58,934 nucleotides of DNA from positions 2,487,765 to 2,546,698 of the forward strand of contig NC_069006.1 in NCBI RefSeq assembly GCF_001194135.2, in the 5' to 3' direction. Below are positions 13,745 through 26,070 of this stretch, in pieces. This DNA is from Octopus bimaculoides. Lineage: Eukaryota. Position 1 is the first letter of the stretch; each line of letters begins with the position of its first letter. The position numbers and the translations under genes are program-made. Below the pieces are notes generated by a model. It was given only the letters and a program-made list of their open reading frames with translations. It was not told where the DNA came from and ran no database searches.

Positions 13745-15179
13745 CATACATACATACATACATATATGTGTGCATATAAACATACATACATACATATATA
13801 TATACGTACATGCATGTAAACATATACATATATATATATATGTATATGTGCACACCCACACACACATTCATGTATGTAATGTATGTATATATGCATTTAT
13901 ATCAATTCACATACTCATGTTGAGACTTTGTGAAAAGAAAATGGTTCAAATATAAAAATAAAGCTCGGATGGAAACAGAAAAGTGAAGGATATCTGGTAT
14001 GAGAGTAACAGCGCTTACCTCTCAGATTGAACTCTCTGCATATACCTAACTTTCTGCATAGCAATTCCATTCGTTTTATGTAGTTGAGAGAGTTCTACAA
14101 CTAAATTTGTTACTGAAAACTAAAGATATCGATTGTGCATAGCAATTTTTAATATAGGAGATCTTAGCATTCACACGCCGAGAAATTTACTGGTATTAGT
14201 GGCCATAAGTCTATCTGAGGAACAAGTTCTAGAATTTATATCAATTCCTTCGTGTCCAAATAAATGGTAATTATGTTAACATACCAAATTCCATTGGCCT
14301 ATTAACTATATACGTTTATCATTCACATCGCTTAAGTCTAGTCTACAAAGTATGCTCCTGTGGATATGAAAAAGCGACAAGCCTTTAATACTTGTAGAGG
14401 AGCGTTTCTTAAACATTTCATAGTCTGGCTCCCTTTTATCAAATGACTATATTCGTACGTTCTCTCCGAAAGTTTTCAAATAGATACATATAAATAAAAA
14501 AATATTTTTATCTCTGTTACACTGATTGTGTTCAGTGGTCTATTATGCATAATTTTTAAAGACTATCTCATCCAGCTTCTGCCTCTTTTTAAATATGTGC
14601 TTACATTTGCAACCCATACATTAAATTTGCATGGAAATGACTACAGAAGTCAAACATTTATACAATTGAAGGACACTGGAGCCTTTACTCACCGTAAGTC
14701 ATGTTTTTGTTCTCTGATAATAAAACTTTTACTCGTATTCTAATATAAATAAAAATATTTTCAATGTGTTTAAAAATTTCGCAAAATAGAAATATTATTT
14801 ATATGAAAAACAAAAAAAAAGAATCAAGAACTTTCTAAACATCCTTCGCCTTTTTGACATTTGCAATTCCTTTGTATATTCGCAACGGTCCCAACGCCTA
14901 AGATGTAGCTACCTAGAAATTTTGCTCGTCGTTTTGTTTCGTTTTTTGAGGGAACAATGAATTGTAGAAAGGGAGCGTTGTTAAAGTGTTAGAAACTGTT
15001 TTGTATTCTTTTGTTCGTGTTGGGATAATAAACAACTCACTGAAGGCATTGTTATGATTCTACGTGTTTATTTTTTTTAAAGATTCTATAATGCTTTGTT
15101 TCATACATTACATACAAATAACTGGTGTAGGTTGAAGACCAACAGAAATCCTCCGAATCTTACAGAAATGGGACGATTC

Positions 15180-15600
15180 GAAGACAGCCTTATAATGATA
15201 GGTGCAGGGGTGGCTCTGTGATAAGAGGTTTGCTTCTAAACAACAATATGGTTTCGGATTCAGTCCCACATCTGGCGTCTTGGGTAAGCGTCCTCTATTA
15301 TAGCTTTCAGCCAATCAAAGTCTTGTGAGTGGGTTTGGTAGACAGAAAAAGGAAAAATTTCGTCGCGTCCCCCATCAGCGCTTGACAATTGGTGTTGTTT
15401 ATTTTTATTTTATGTTATTTTATTTTAATTTATTTTATTTGTTACATTCCCGTACCATAGCGATTCGACAAAAGTTATTGATAGAATAAATACGAGAAAA
15501 AAAAATAATGTTATGGGTGTGATTTGTTCAACTAAACCCTTCAAGGCTGTGCTCCAGTATGGCCAAACCTTAGTGACTGTAACAATTAAAAGACAAACGA
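15180..15600 (+). mobile_element. Decayed tRNA-SINE (family of 25652-26070)
   Basis: Head gcaggggtggctctgtgataag..ggattcagtccc, and tail gctccagtatggcc..aaaaga. Confidence 0.6.
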
Positions 15601-15884
15601 AGACTACTAAAGCAGTGAACTTAAACTTTAATAAACGTACTAATAGCGTCCAATGTACGAAAAGTTGCACAAAATTTGCACAAGTTAAAAGCATGAAATC
15701 GCTATGACAAGGGAGACAACTCTGCAGAAATATACTTTGGAATAGCGAAACACTAAATGAAAACAGACTATCAAATAAAAGGGAATGGAAGGGGATTCCT
15801 GATATGGGACCGTTGACAGGGGTCAGTTAGGAAACCCCCAACAGCCATCATCAGCACCTCTTCAATTTTCTTTTCTTATCAGAC

Positions 15885-16560
15885 TGTGTATCTAGGAATA
15901 CATTATCCAATGTTCTTCTATTTTTTTTTTTGCTATTTTAGCCCTATTCGACCTGATCAAGCTGAGTTATCATTGATTTCCACCCGTGACCATCACGACT
16001 TTTTATCAGACATAATGGATCTAGAGATACATTATTTAATGTGACCTTCCTTTCGTGGTCGTTGATACTTAGCCCCAAATTAGATCTGATCAAATGAACC
16101 TATGATCAATGTTATTCCACTATGACCATCACGCACTTTTATTAGGCATAGTATATCAAGGAATACATTATTCAGTGTGTCCTTACTTTTGGGGATTGTT
16201 GTTGTTTAACCTCAGCTGACTTATGAGTAATATGTTCCAGCCGTGATCATCAAGTTTTTTATTTTTTTTAGATATAGTGTATTTTGGAACACATTATTCG
16301 ATGTGTCTTTCCATTGTCGGATTTATTGTTGTTTAACCCTAGGTTGGATCAAGCTGGTTTATAACCAAAATAATCCATCCGCGACCATCACATCTTATCA
16401 TTAGATATAGGGTATCTTGGAATACAATATCCAGTATGTCCTTCCCTTCTGGGATTGTTGTTGTTTAACCCCAGGCTGAATCAAACTGACCTATGATCAC
16501 TGCTACTCTTTGCTGTTTATTGCTGTTGCTGTTTAACCCTAGGTCAGAGGTGATTGAACA
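15885..16560. repeat. Degenerate tandem repeat of about 115-125 bp (about 6 units); same family inverted at 25237-25650 and 26070-26200
   Basis: Recurring tatctaggaatacattat..tgtccttc..ttgttgtttaaccc..ctgatcaa..tgaccatcac blocks. Confidence 0.65.
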
Positions 16561-16723
16561 GATCTACAGCGTAAGGATATTCCTATCTGTCTCTCTTCCA
16601 TTTTCTTCAAGACAACCAATCTACACAGGCCGGACGTAACAAGATTCCTTCTCTGATCAATAGAGGCTACATCTGGCAACTTAATACGCTAGAAAGAACA
16701 ACCAGGGGCGAGCTGAACAACTA

Positions 16724-16945
16724 GCGGCGGCGAGCTGGCAGAAACGTTAGCTCACCGGGCGAAATGCTTAGCGGTATTTCGTCTGCCGTTACGTTCTGAG
16801 TTCAAATTCCGCTGAGGTCGACTTTGCCTTTCATCCTTTCGCGGTCGATAAATTAAATACCAGTTGTGCACTGGGGTCGATGCACTGGGGTCCTTGTTTG
16901 TCCCGTCTATGCTTAGCCCCTTGTGGGCTATAAAGAAATAAGAAA
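16724..16945 (+). mobile_element. tRNA-derived SINE; related copies at 29160-29360 (-), 37820-38010 and 44480-44600
   Basis: A/B-box-like head (ctggcagaaacgtt, GAGTTCAAATTCC); tail ttagccccttgtgggctataaagaaata. Confidence 0.7.
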
Positions 16946-17371
16946 GAACAGTCAGACCCCCTAATAAACACATTATTTTCCTAAGAACAGCACATTCGGT
17001 AATGTTGTTCTAAAGATAATATGNNNNNNNNNNNNNNNNNNNNNNNNNNNNNNNNNNNNNNNNNNNNNNNNNNNNNNNNNNNNNNNNNNNNNNNNNNNNN
17101 NNNNNNNNNNNNNNNNNNNNNNNNNNNNNNNNNNNNNNNNNNNNNNNNNNNNNNNNNNNNNNNNNNNNNNNNNNNNNNNNNNNNNNNNNNNNNNNNNNNN
17201 NNNNNNNNNNNNNNNNNNNNNNNNNNNNNNNNNNNNNNNNNNNNNNNNNNNNNNNNNNNNNNNNNNNNNNNNNNNNNNNNNNNNNNNNNNNNNNNNNNNN
17301 NNNNNNNNNNNNNNNNNNNNNNNNNNNNNNNNNNNNNNNNNNNNNNNNNNNNNNNNNNNNNNNNNNNNNNN

Positions 17372-17407
<36 letters not shown>

Positions 17408-18208
17408 CAAATATGTATGATGTGGTTGTGCGCGTGCGTTTGTAATACATAATAGTTGTTATTGGTGGTATTGCAGTTAGGATGAGCTAGGTGAGAGAGA
17501 GAGATTGAAAGAGAGAGAGAGAGAGACAGAGGTAGGTAGGTAGGTAGAGAGAGAGAGAGAGCAGTAACATTCATCATTTAACTGTGCGTGCGTTTATTAA
17601 AATATGGAAGCCAACAAAAAGATGACGTGTCAAAAACTGTTAATCATCATATTATAATATTGCGTCATCCATATTTCGTGTCATCTATAATCAGAAAAAG
17701 ACGATAATAAATGATAAACGTAAATTTATTTATTAAACATACCTTTACATGCGTTTTATATTGGTACAATAATCTATAAACACTTTTTGTATTGCATATA
17801 TATGTCAAGCTCGTTAATTTATTCATTAATTCACAAATATTTTATTAGTATAATTTGACATTGATGGACTTCGAGCATTTTATCTTCGTTCAAACTTCAC
17901 ACAAACACCGTTTTTAGCAGCCAACATAAAAGTGTTACCCAATACAAGAGGATTCTGTAATAGAAAATTTACAATATTTAAAAATTAATAATCATACTAA
18001 TAGTTAACAAAAGACGTAACATTATCTAAAGATATTCTGTGGAAATATTAATGATTTGTAGGTGGGGCAAAACTCCACCGAAACATGGTATATACATTCA
18101 TTACTCGTTTTTGTCTTCGATCACATTGTTTGTTTACACCTGACATCTCGATATGAAACGGTGTAGCAAAAGATTAGTGCTAGCTATAATTTCTATAGAA
18201 TATCTGTA

Positions 18209-18946
18209 GAAATCAATGAAGGTCATATATAATGGCATTTTCTGCTCTCTGGACTTCTGAAGTTGGCATATGGAGAATATCATGTCAGTAGTTGATCTGC
18301 TTCTTCTAAAGCCACACTGCGATTCTGGATAAATTCGAGAAGCAAGCACTTGTAGCCTGGGCAGGATAACGCGAGCAAAGGTCTTTCCAACAGTGCTGAG
18401 AAGAGATATTCCATGGTAATTGTTACGATCACCACGGTCACCTTTGTTTTTGTAAAGCGTAATGATGTTAGCATCCCGCATATCCTGAGGGACTGTACCC
18501 TCTTCCCAGCACTGACACAAAAGCTCATGGAGGTGCCGAAGCAGAGCGGTGTTTTTGTCGACTTTGATGATCTCTGAGGGGATGCCGTCTTTTCCCGGAG
18601 CCTTACAACTGGCTTGGGAGTCAATAGCCTTGGTGAGCTCCGCTATAGACAGCAGATTGTCAAGTTCGCACATGACCGGCAAGATCTTGACACCCTTGAT
18701 TGCAGCTTCAGCGACCGTGGTCTCCCGTGAGTAGAGATCCTGGTCGTACTCCACTTTGACTTGGTCAGTAGAAAAGGCCGCTTCATCCTGCTTCGAAAAA
18801 TCGGATGTCCACTAAAGCTGCTGAAGATCATCAAATCTTTCCATGATGATATGCAAGTACAATGGTTCAACATCAGCCGCCTTCCAAAAAACAAAAACAA
18901 AAAAAAAACGGGGTAAAGCAAGGCTGTGTCCTTGTTCCTACATTAT
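18209..18946. mobile_element. RTE-clade LINE RT fragment with inverted 5' part (18754-18209 on -, 18755-18946 on +)
   Basis: - strand: KAPGKDGIP..NYHGISLLS..ESQCGFR..TFIDF; + strand continues FDLVSRKG..KIGCP..FHDDM..GVKQGCVLVPTL. Confidence 0.85.
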
Positions 18947-18947
18947 T

Positions 18948-19313
18948 AACAGTAACATCCACCCCTAGGGGGTCAGCCACACTTAAGTGGCAATATACTA
19001 CACTTTATCGTGCAGTTACTGTTAATACTTCATTTAGAGAATTAACATTGCTTGTTTTCACCTTTTCGATATCAGTGAAGAATTTCACTGGAAAAGTATA
19101 CATAAGATTGCCAAGGATTTATCTCTCTCATCAAGGATCAGTAGCTATCGGACGCTGACGAAGGGAAGTAACCCTGAAACCCGGGTCCGTTCGTGCTACA
19201 GATCATGATGGGAGGGATAACTTCCCTTGGCAAACAGGACACAGTAGTGTGTCGATAAGCCAGCTGGAGGAGATGTCCTCCTGGAGCTAAAAGCAACAGT
19301 AACATCCACCCCT
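18948..19313 (+). mobile_element. Retrozyme-like / Penelope pLTR-like 347-nt HHR-containing unit; second copy begins at 19295 and runs into a gap
   Basis: Direct repeat AACAGTAACATCCACCCCT at 18948-18966 and 19295-19313; non-coding; many hairpins; interrupts an RTE RT fragment. Confidence 0.7.
19141..19199 (+). ncRNA. Type I hammerhead ribozyme, intact core; predicted cleavage after GUC (C19187)
   Basis: Stem I GGACG/CGUUC, core CUGACGA, stem II AGGG-AAGUAA-CCCU, GAAA, stem III C-(CCGG palindrome)-G, then UC; distal stem I GUAGC/GCUAC. Confidence 0.88.
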
Positions 19314-20644
19314 NNNNNNNNNNNNNNNNNNNNNNNNNNNNNNNNNNNNNNNNNNNNNNNNNNNNNNNNNNNNNNNNNNNNNNNNNNNNNNNNNNNNNNN
19401 NNNNNNNNNNNNNNNNNNNNNNNNNNNNNNNNNNNNNNNNNNNNNNNNNNNNNNNNNNNNNNNNNNNNNNNNNNNNNNNNNNNNNNNNNNNNNNNNNNNN
19501 NNNNNNNNNNNNNNNNNNNNNNNNNNNNNNNNNNNNNNNNNNNNNNNNNNNNNNNNNNNNNNNNNNNNNNNNNNNNNNNNNNNNNNNNNNNNNNNNNNNN
19601 NNNNNNNNNNNNNNNNNNNNNNNNNNNNNNNNNNNNNNNNNNNNNNNNNNNNNNNNNNNNNNNNNNNNNNNNNNNNNNNNNNNNNNNNNNNNNNNNNNNN
19701 NNNNNNNNNNNNNNNNNNNNNNNNNNNNNNNNNNNNNNNNNNNNNNNNNNNNNNNNNNNNNNNNNNNNNNNNNNNNNNNNNNNNNNNNNNNNNNNNNNNN
19801 NNNNNNNNNNNNNNNNNNNNNNNNNNNNNNNNNNNNNNNNNNNNNNNNNNNNNNNNNNNNNNNNNNNNNNNNNNNNNNNNNNNNNNNNNNNNNNNNNNNN
19901 NNNNNNNNNNNNNNNNNNNNNNNNNNNNNNNNNNNNNNNNNNNNNNNNNNNNNNNNNNNNNNNNNNNNNNNNNNNNNNNNNNNNNNNNNNNNNNNNNNNN
20001 NNNNNNNNNNNNNNNNNNNNNNNNNNNNNNNNNNNNNNNNNNNNNNNNNNNNNNNNNNNNNNNNNNNNNNNNNNNNNNNNNNNNNNNNNNNTATATATAC
20101 ATACATATATGTACATAACTACATTTATATGTATATATGCATGCATATATGGGTACAGGACATCAAAAAACGTAGACACAGTGAGAAACGAAAACATAAA
20201 AACAAAAACATAAAAAACGAACTTTTTTCGAACAACATTTTTCGAACAACGAATAAAAACAAACTAATCAACAACGGCAGCATAGGCTATAAATCTCATT
20301 TCTAGAATTTACTACAGTCGTTGAGTTTTAAGGATCCTTGCTCGCTTTGCTATGCAAAGCTTACATGTTCCACTCCCGCCTATGTAAAGCCCCGGCTACT
20401 CTATGATCCTCCATTTAATTTCAAATGAGATTCTATTATCCTTAAGGTATATGACTGGTCAGGGACCTGACGTATCGTCCTTCTGGGACCCTGAAAGAGG
20501 ACCTGTGCCTGTACAGGCGCAGCATAGAGGCAGTTCTGGCAGATCTAATTTATCTCCAAACATTAGTGCCGATTGTGTTCGCACTACTTGCGTATCTTCT
20601 GTTGGTTCCGAGCCTGGGGTTTTGTCACTGCTACTGTTACTAGA

Positions 20645-20865
20645 GTGGAAGCGCAATGGCCAGGTGGTTAGGGCAGCGGACTCGCGGTCATAGGATTGCA
20701 GTTTCGATTCCCAGGCCGGGCGTTTTGAGTGTTTATTGAGTGAAAACACCTAAAGCTCCAGCAGGGGATGGTGGCGAACCCTGCTGTACTCTTCCACCAC
20801 AACTTTCTCTCACTCTTTCTTCCTGTTTCTGTTGTGCCTGTAATTCAAAGGGTCAGCCTTGTCAC
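20645..20865 (+). mobile_element. tRNA-derived SINE, 3'-truncated; full-length copy at 39395-39780 (-)
   Basis: Head gcgcaatggccaggtggttagggcagcggactcgcggtc..GTTTCGATTCC; colinear with the 39780 copy up to cttgtcac. Confidence 0.8.
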
Positions 20866-20869
20866 CCTG

Positions 20870-23800
20870 GAAGTAAGGCTGCTTGCTCAATGACCTCAGA
20901 TCGCTAGGGGTGGTTGTTCTAGCAGCCAGAGAGACCAGCATTTCCGACACACGTTATTCAGACCTAATTTTCAATGATTTTGAGATCTACACATCTCTTT
21001 GTCGGTGTGGAATGGAGACAGGGTAGTAGTCGTCTTTAAGAAAGGCCTGAATCTCGAGGTTCAGACGATCTTCCTGAACCCAGATGGTAAGTTAGTGGAC
21101 GAGGACGTGAGCAACAGCAAAGGTAGTACTTTCAGACTATGTACCGCATACGCTCTAGCAGGAGCAGGGCAACCATATTTCTTTAGACGTTTGGAGGTTT
21201 TCCTGTGGGTGACTGGAAATCAAATCCTTCTTGAACGCACTCCTGAATAGAGTGGGGACAACTGAATAGAGTGGGGCAACTGAATAGAGTGGTGCTAGCC
21301 GATAGGAGAAGTGGAAGCAAAAAACTCAGAAACCTGCACAGTCGCTTCTATTTGGCAGACAGATATCTACTAGATTTCCCGAATACTACAATCTAGATAT
21401 TGGTAAGTTACATCTGGTCTTCCAGATCGTATTTAGAGTATTTTGTAGACTTGTAGATAGAAATAGTATAAGTTGTCCACAGTTCAAACTTGTGATCTGT
21501 ACAGTCGATATAGATATTTTCATAGGCAGGGTCCCCAATACTGCAAGCTGAACGCGTCATTCTCGGCGTCCCAAGATGGCGGGTGCAATCGTCAACGACT
21601 AATAGTGGATGGTGCTGAAAAGGGCTATTAGAGTAGAGGCGGTAGGGATTAGCAAGGAAACAGCGTTTGAGCAATCTAAAATAGAAGGAAAGCTAGTTAG
21701 GAACCTAGAGTAGGCGCTTAGGCGAGCACAGCGACTGACATGATAGCGGCGAGATTGTCCCTTGATCAATTCTTCAATGCCAAGCACTGTGGTTGCTTTG
21801 TCAGAGCTAGGGTGCGTGTACTGAGACAAGAGGAGATGAAAGCTGTTCGATGAACCCAGATGGCAGAGGCATTACGCAGAAACAAAGTAAAAATTCTGTC
21901 TTTGGTGAGCTGTTATGGGCGCATGTTAGCCGAGTCCAAGCAGATGTGTGCGGAATTTCAGTGGCATCTGGCCGAACTGTACGAGGCGCGCGGAGTGTCG
22001 GGAATAGAGTTGGATCTCACCTCTTGTCTCGATGACATGTTGCGCCTCTCGACCAGGGATGCGGAGTTCTGCGAAATTACGTTAACAACCGAAGATATAC
22101 GGATACAATGATTAGCTGCACAATATAGATTTCTCCGGGGCTGGATGGTCTACCCCTCGCGCTTTATTGTTCGGTGATCTCTTGGCAGGTGTCTAGCACA
22201 ACTGGTATCAGAACGGTAGACTTTCCAGAGCTGTGAATAGTGGAATGGTGATGCTACTGAGAGAGAACCCGACAAGACGGACTAAATTCATAACTTTAGG
22301 CCTATAACCCTACTGAATGCAGATTATAAGATTTTAGCCATCCCAAACAGATTTACCCACGATGACCTCCACTTTCGGCGCTACATCATAGAGAGGTTGG
22401 GTAAGTATCCTGATATCGGTGGGGCCCTGATCAATTTGTACCAATCGAAAACTTTTGATAGAGTTGGCGACCTATATCCGGGGGCTGTTCTCGCAGCAGC
22501 AGATTTCGGACTCGTTTTCAGAGGTCGGATGCGTCACGGCATTACTGTCGGACTTCTCGGAAACCGATGTGGTTATGAATGCTCTAAGGGAGTACGAAGT
22601 TGTTAACAGAAGCAAAGTTTAACAAGGAGAAGTCTTTGGGCCTGCAGCTCTCCACCTGGAGAGTCAGGCCCATGCCGACCGACAACGGCTAAATTACTTT
22701 GGTCCGGACCTCCAGGTGAACAAGAAGTTAGGGGAGGTGGCGAGCAGAGTGGCCAGTCTCACCCAGAAATGGGCAGAGAGGAAGCCATCCCTGAATGTCG
22801 GGCGGCTGTAGCGAATGCGTAAATCGTTTCCGTCATCTACTACCGTCTAACTGCCGTCCCTCACTCTGCTTCGCGGCTGATGACACTGGAGCGCTTGGTC
22901 TTCGGTTTTCTGTGGAAGGAACACGTTCCACCAGTCAGAGCGCCCATCTGCTGTCAGTAGCTGCTGAGTGAAAGCCTGGGCATGCTGTGGCTAATGATGC
23001 TTAGATATGCATTAACGCTACATCTCCTGCGTTAAATTAACGGTGAGAAGGTGTGATCATTGTTTGTCAAGCGGGACGTTCCACAGCTCGTCTTATTGAT
23101 GAAGCTACAGTCCTGAATAAAGCGTAGACCAAGAAAAGGCGCTTGGCACCTGGAGTGTAGGTAATCGCTCACAGCTTTTTGCCATTCGGACAACACGGTC
23201 GGTGAAAGTTCACTAAGAAGTTCTATTGGGGATTAGTAGCCAGCAAGAGCGACGACGTCCTCGGAGAAACTCTGTGCAGCGGGGTGGGGATCAATTAAAT
23301 GATATTTTGCGGAGGACTTTCGGTCCAGGAGCTATGGATAACTTCCGGAAATTCTTGACCTGCCAGTGCTACCAGAGAGCTCTGTCGTTTGAGAAAAGCT
23401 CTACAGACACGGAAGTGCTGTGAGACTGATCAGTCCGAGGTGTGCTCAGGACGATGAAACTGTCCTATATCCATTCGTACAGTGTCCTTGCATTACCGAT
23501 TTGTGGAGCGTTATCGAGCAGCTGTTGTCGTATATAGTACGGAGCCGGTTATCAACTGAGTCCATCATGAAGATAGCCACGCCGACTTCCTTTGGCCAGG
23601 AAGGAAAATCAGTTAACCTCAGCCTGATGGCTATGACGAAGGAGGTAGTGCCTGGATGAGATTGAAAGGATTGAAGACAGATACTTTCCTCTTCGACCAA
23701 GCTCTCATCGACTTTTTCAGGTTCCACTTGAAAAGGATAGTGAAAGTAGACAGGGAAGTCCTGTCACCACCCAGTATTCTCGTCGAAAGATGTGTGAATG

Positions 23801-24101
23801 TGATGAAAATGTCCCGTGTAAATGGGCCTGTTCTGAATATACGCTTGGAGGACAGAGAGGTTGAGAGGAGGAGAGGTACCTTCCTGAGGTGCTCTTGACG
23901 GTTAGGGTGACCAGGCTATGTGGGGTGCCTTGTTTGGTCTTGGGTGAAACTCTTCCCCATTGGGGATTTTGCTGTTAGAAATTTTCTTGTTGATTGTTAT
24001 TGTTGTTCATTGCATACTTGACATTGCTCACCGCCCCACTTGTCCTTTGTATTGTATTGTCCCTATTTCTTTTGTGTTCAGCCCTTGTGACCATAAAGAA
24101 A
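20870..24101 (+). mobile_element. Tx1/L1-clade LINE ORF2 remnant (APE endonuclease, RT, Zn knuckle) with 3'UTR and (ATC)n tail
   Basis: Fragments FRLCTAYA..FFRRLEVFL, PGLDGLP, FRPITLLNADYKILA, ALINLYQSKTFDRV, PRCAQDDETVLYPFVQCP; many stops and frameshifts. Confidence 0.8.
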
Positions 24102-24184
24102 TCATCATCATCATCATCATCATCATCGTCATCATCATCATTATCATCATCATCATCATTATTATTATTATTATTATTCAGTAG

Positions 24185-24568
24185 TTTTATTTTTATAACG
24201 TGCTTTCACTTCACTACCGAGTGCAGCTCTGTGTGCCTTGGGTATGTGCTGTGGTTTGCTGTGGTGCTCTTATGTTTACTGTATTGAAAGTGTTTTGCGT
24301 AGAATGTGTGCAGTACCCAGTAGTGCAATTTTCTGTATGTTATATATATTTGTAAGTCCTGGTGTTTTTGTTATGTATTTGTCTGAATATTTTTTTTATT
24401 ATACCTAAGGCACCTACTATGATAGGAATTGTTTCTGTTTTTAGACTCCACATTCGAGTTATCTCTATTTCCAGGTCTTTGTATTTTGAAAGTTTTTCCA
24501 TTTCTTTTAGAGAAACGTTGTCATCTGCTGGTATTGATACATCAATTAGAAAGCATTTTTTATTTTTA

Positions 24569-24638
<70 letters not shown>

Positions 24639-24865
24639 CATTATTATTATTATTATTTCCTGTATCCGTCTGTTCAAATCTGTTGGAATAGTTCCCAATG
24701 CACCTATAACTAGTGGGTTACATTTTACACGTACTTTCCATATTCTTTATAATTGAATGACAAGGTCCTGGTATTTTGCTATTTTTTCTATACCTCTCTT
24801 TTTCTGTATTTTGTCATCATCTGGGACTGTGAAGTTAATTACCTGACATTTTCTATTCTTTTTAT

Positions 24866-24911
<46 letters not shown>

Positions 24912-25170
24912 CAAATCAGGTCTTCTAGCTTCTATTACTCTCTTAATATTAAAGTCCCTCAACATTTTGCATTTCTTACTTTCTAGTACTTTACTAGGTT
25001 CATGTTCATACCATTTATCAGAATGTTCGAATCCTAGCATTCTACATAACTCCTGGTGGATTACTCTCCCTAGGTCGTCATATCCTTATTTGTATTCTTT
25101 TTGTGCCAGCATGTTACATTCACTTGTTATATTATTGCATAATCTACATTGGGAGACTACTTGGTATTAG
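24185..25170 (-). mobile_element. Two tandem 5'-truncated R4/Dong-like (RLE endonuclease) LINE 3' ends separated by (AAT)n
   Basis: RRPDL..KIAKYQDL (24660-25170) and [38 protein letters not shown] (24185-24560); an internal (GTA)n expansion gives poly-Val. Confidence 0.75.
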
Positions 25171-25651
25171 TCTATCTAGGCTTTTATCCAATTAGTCCTT
25201 AATGCTTGATCTTAGTCTACAAAAGAAAAGACACATCATAATGTATTCCTAGATACATTGTCTCATAAAAAGTCGAGATGGTCACGAAGGGAAAACATTT
25301 AATAACGACTCAGGTTAATGAGGTCGAATCTCTGGTTAATCAAAAGCAATAAAATGTAAGGACACATTAGATAATGTATTCCTAGATACACTGTGTCTGA
25401 TAAACAGTCATGATGGTCATGGTTAGAAAAGATTTAATGATCACTCAACCTGATCAGGTCGAATATAAAGATAAATAACAACAATAAAATGTAAGGACAC
25501 ATAAGGTCTGCACTATGTCTGATAAACAGTCGTGGTGGTCACGGGCGGAAAAAACTTAATGATTACTCAGCTTGATCAGGTCGAATCTGGGGCTAAAAGA
25601 CAACAATAAAATGTAAGGACATATTAGGTTATATATTCCTCGATACACTAA

Positions 25652-25820
25652 GGTGCAGGAGTGGCTGTGTGGTAAGTAGCTTGCTTACCAACCACATGGT
25701 TCCGGGTTCAGTCCCACTGCGTGGCACCTTGGGCAAGTGTTTTCTACTATAGCCTCGAACCGACCGAAGCTTTGTGAGTGGATTTGGTAGACGGAAACTG
25801 AAAGAAGCCCGTCGTATATA

Positions 25821-25863
<43 letters not shown>

Positions 25864-26070
25864 ATTTGTGTGTCTGTGTTTGTCCCCTCAACATCGCTTG
25901 ACAACCAATGCTGGTTTGTTTACGTCCACTCAAAAAGCGGTTCGACAAAAAAAACGATAGAATTAGTAGTAGTCTTACAAAGAGTAAGTCCTAGGGTCTA
26001 TTCGCTCGACTGAATGCAGTGCTCCAGCATGGCCACAGTCAAATGACTGAAACAAGTAAAAGAGTAAAAA
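25652..26070 (+). mobile_element. Full-length tRNA-derived SINE with internal (TG)n, inserted in the tandem repeat array
   Basis: Head ggagtggctgtgtggtaag..GGTTCAGTCCC; tail gactgaaacaagtaaaagagta. Confidence 0.8.

Noticed and set aside
13613-13955. Poly-IY/HT/CV/YV ORFs here and at 26436-27330, 43312-44085, 49762-50162 and 56080-56831
   Set aside because: Translations of (TA)n, (CA)n and (TACA)n microsatellites; only the exon 56543-56647 is real.
21243-21292. Three copies of an 18-19-bp repeat
   Set aside because: A local slippage duplication inside the dead Tx1 element.
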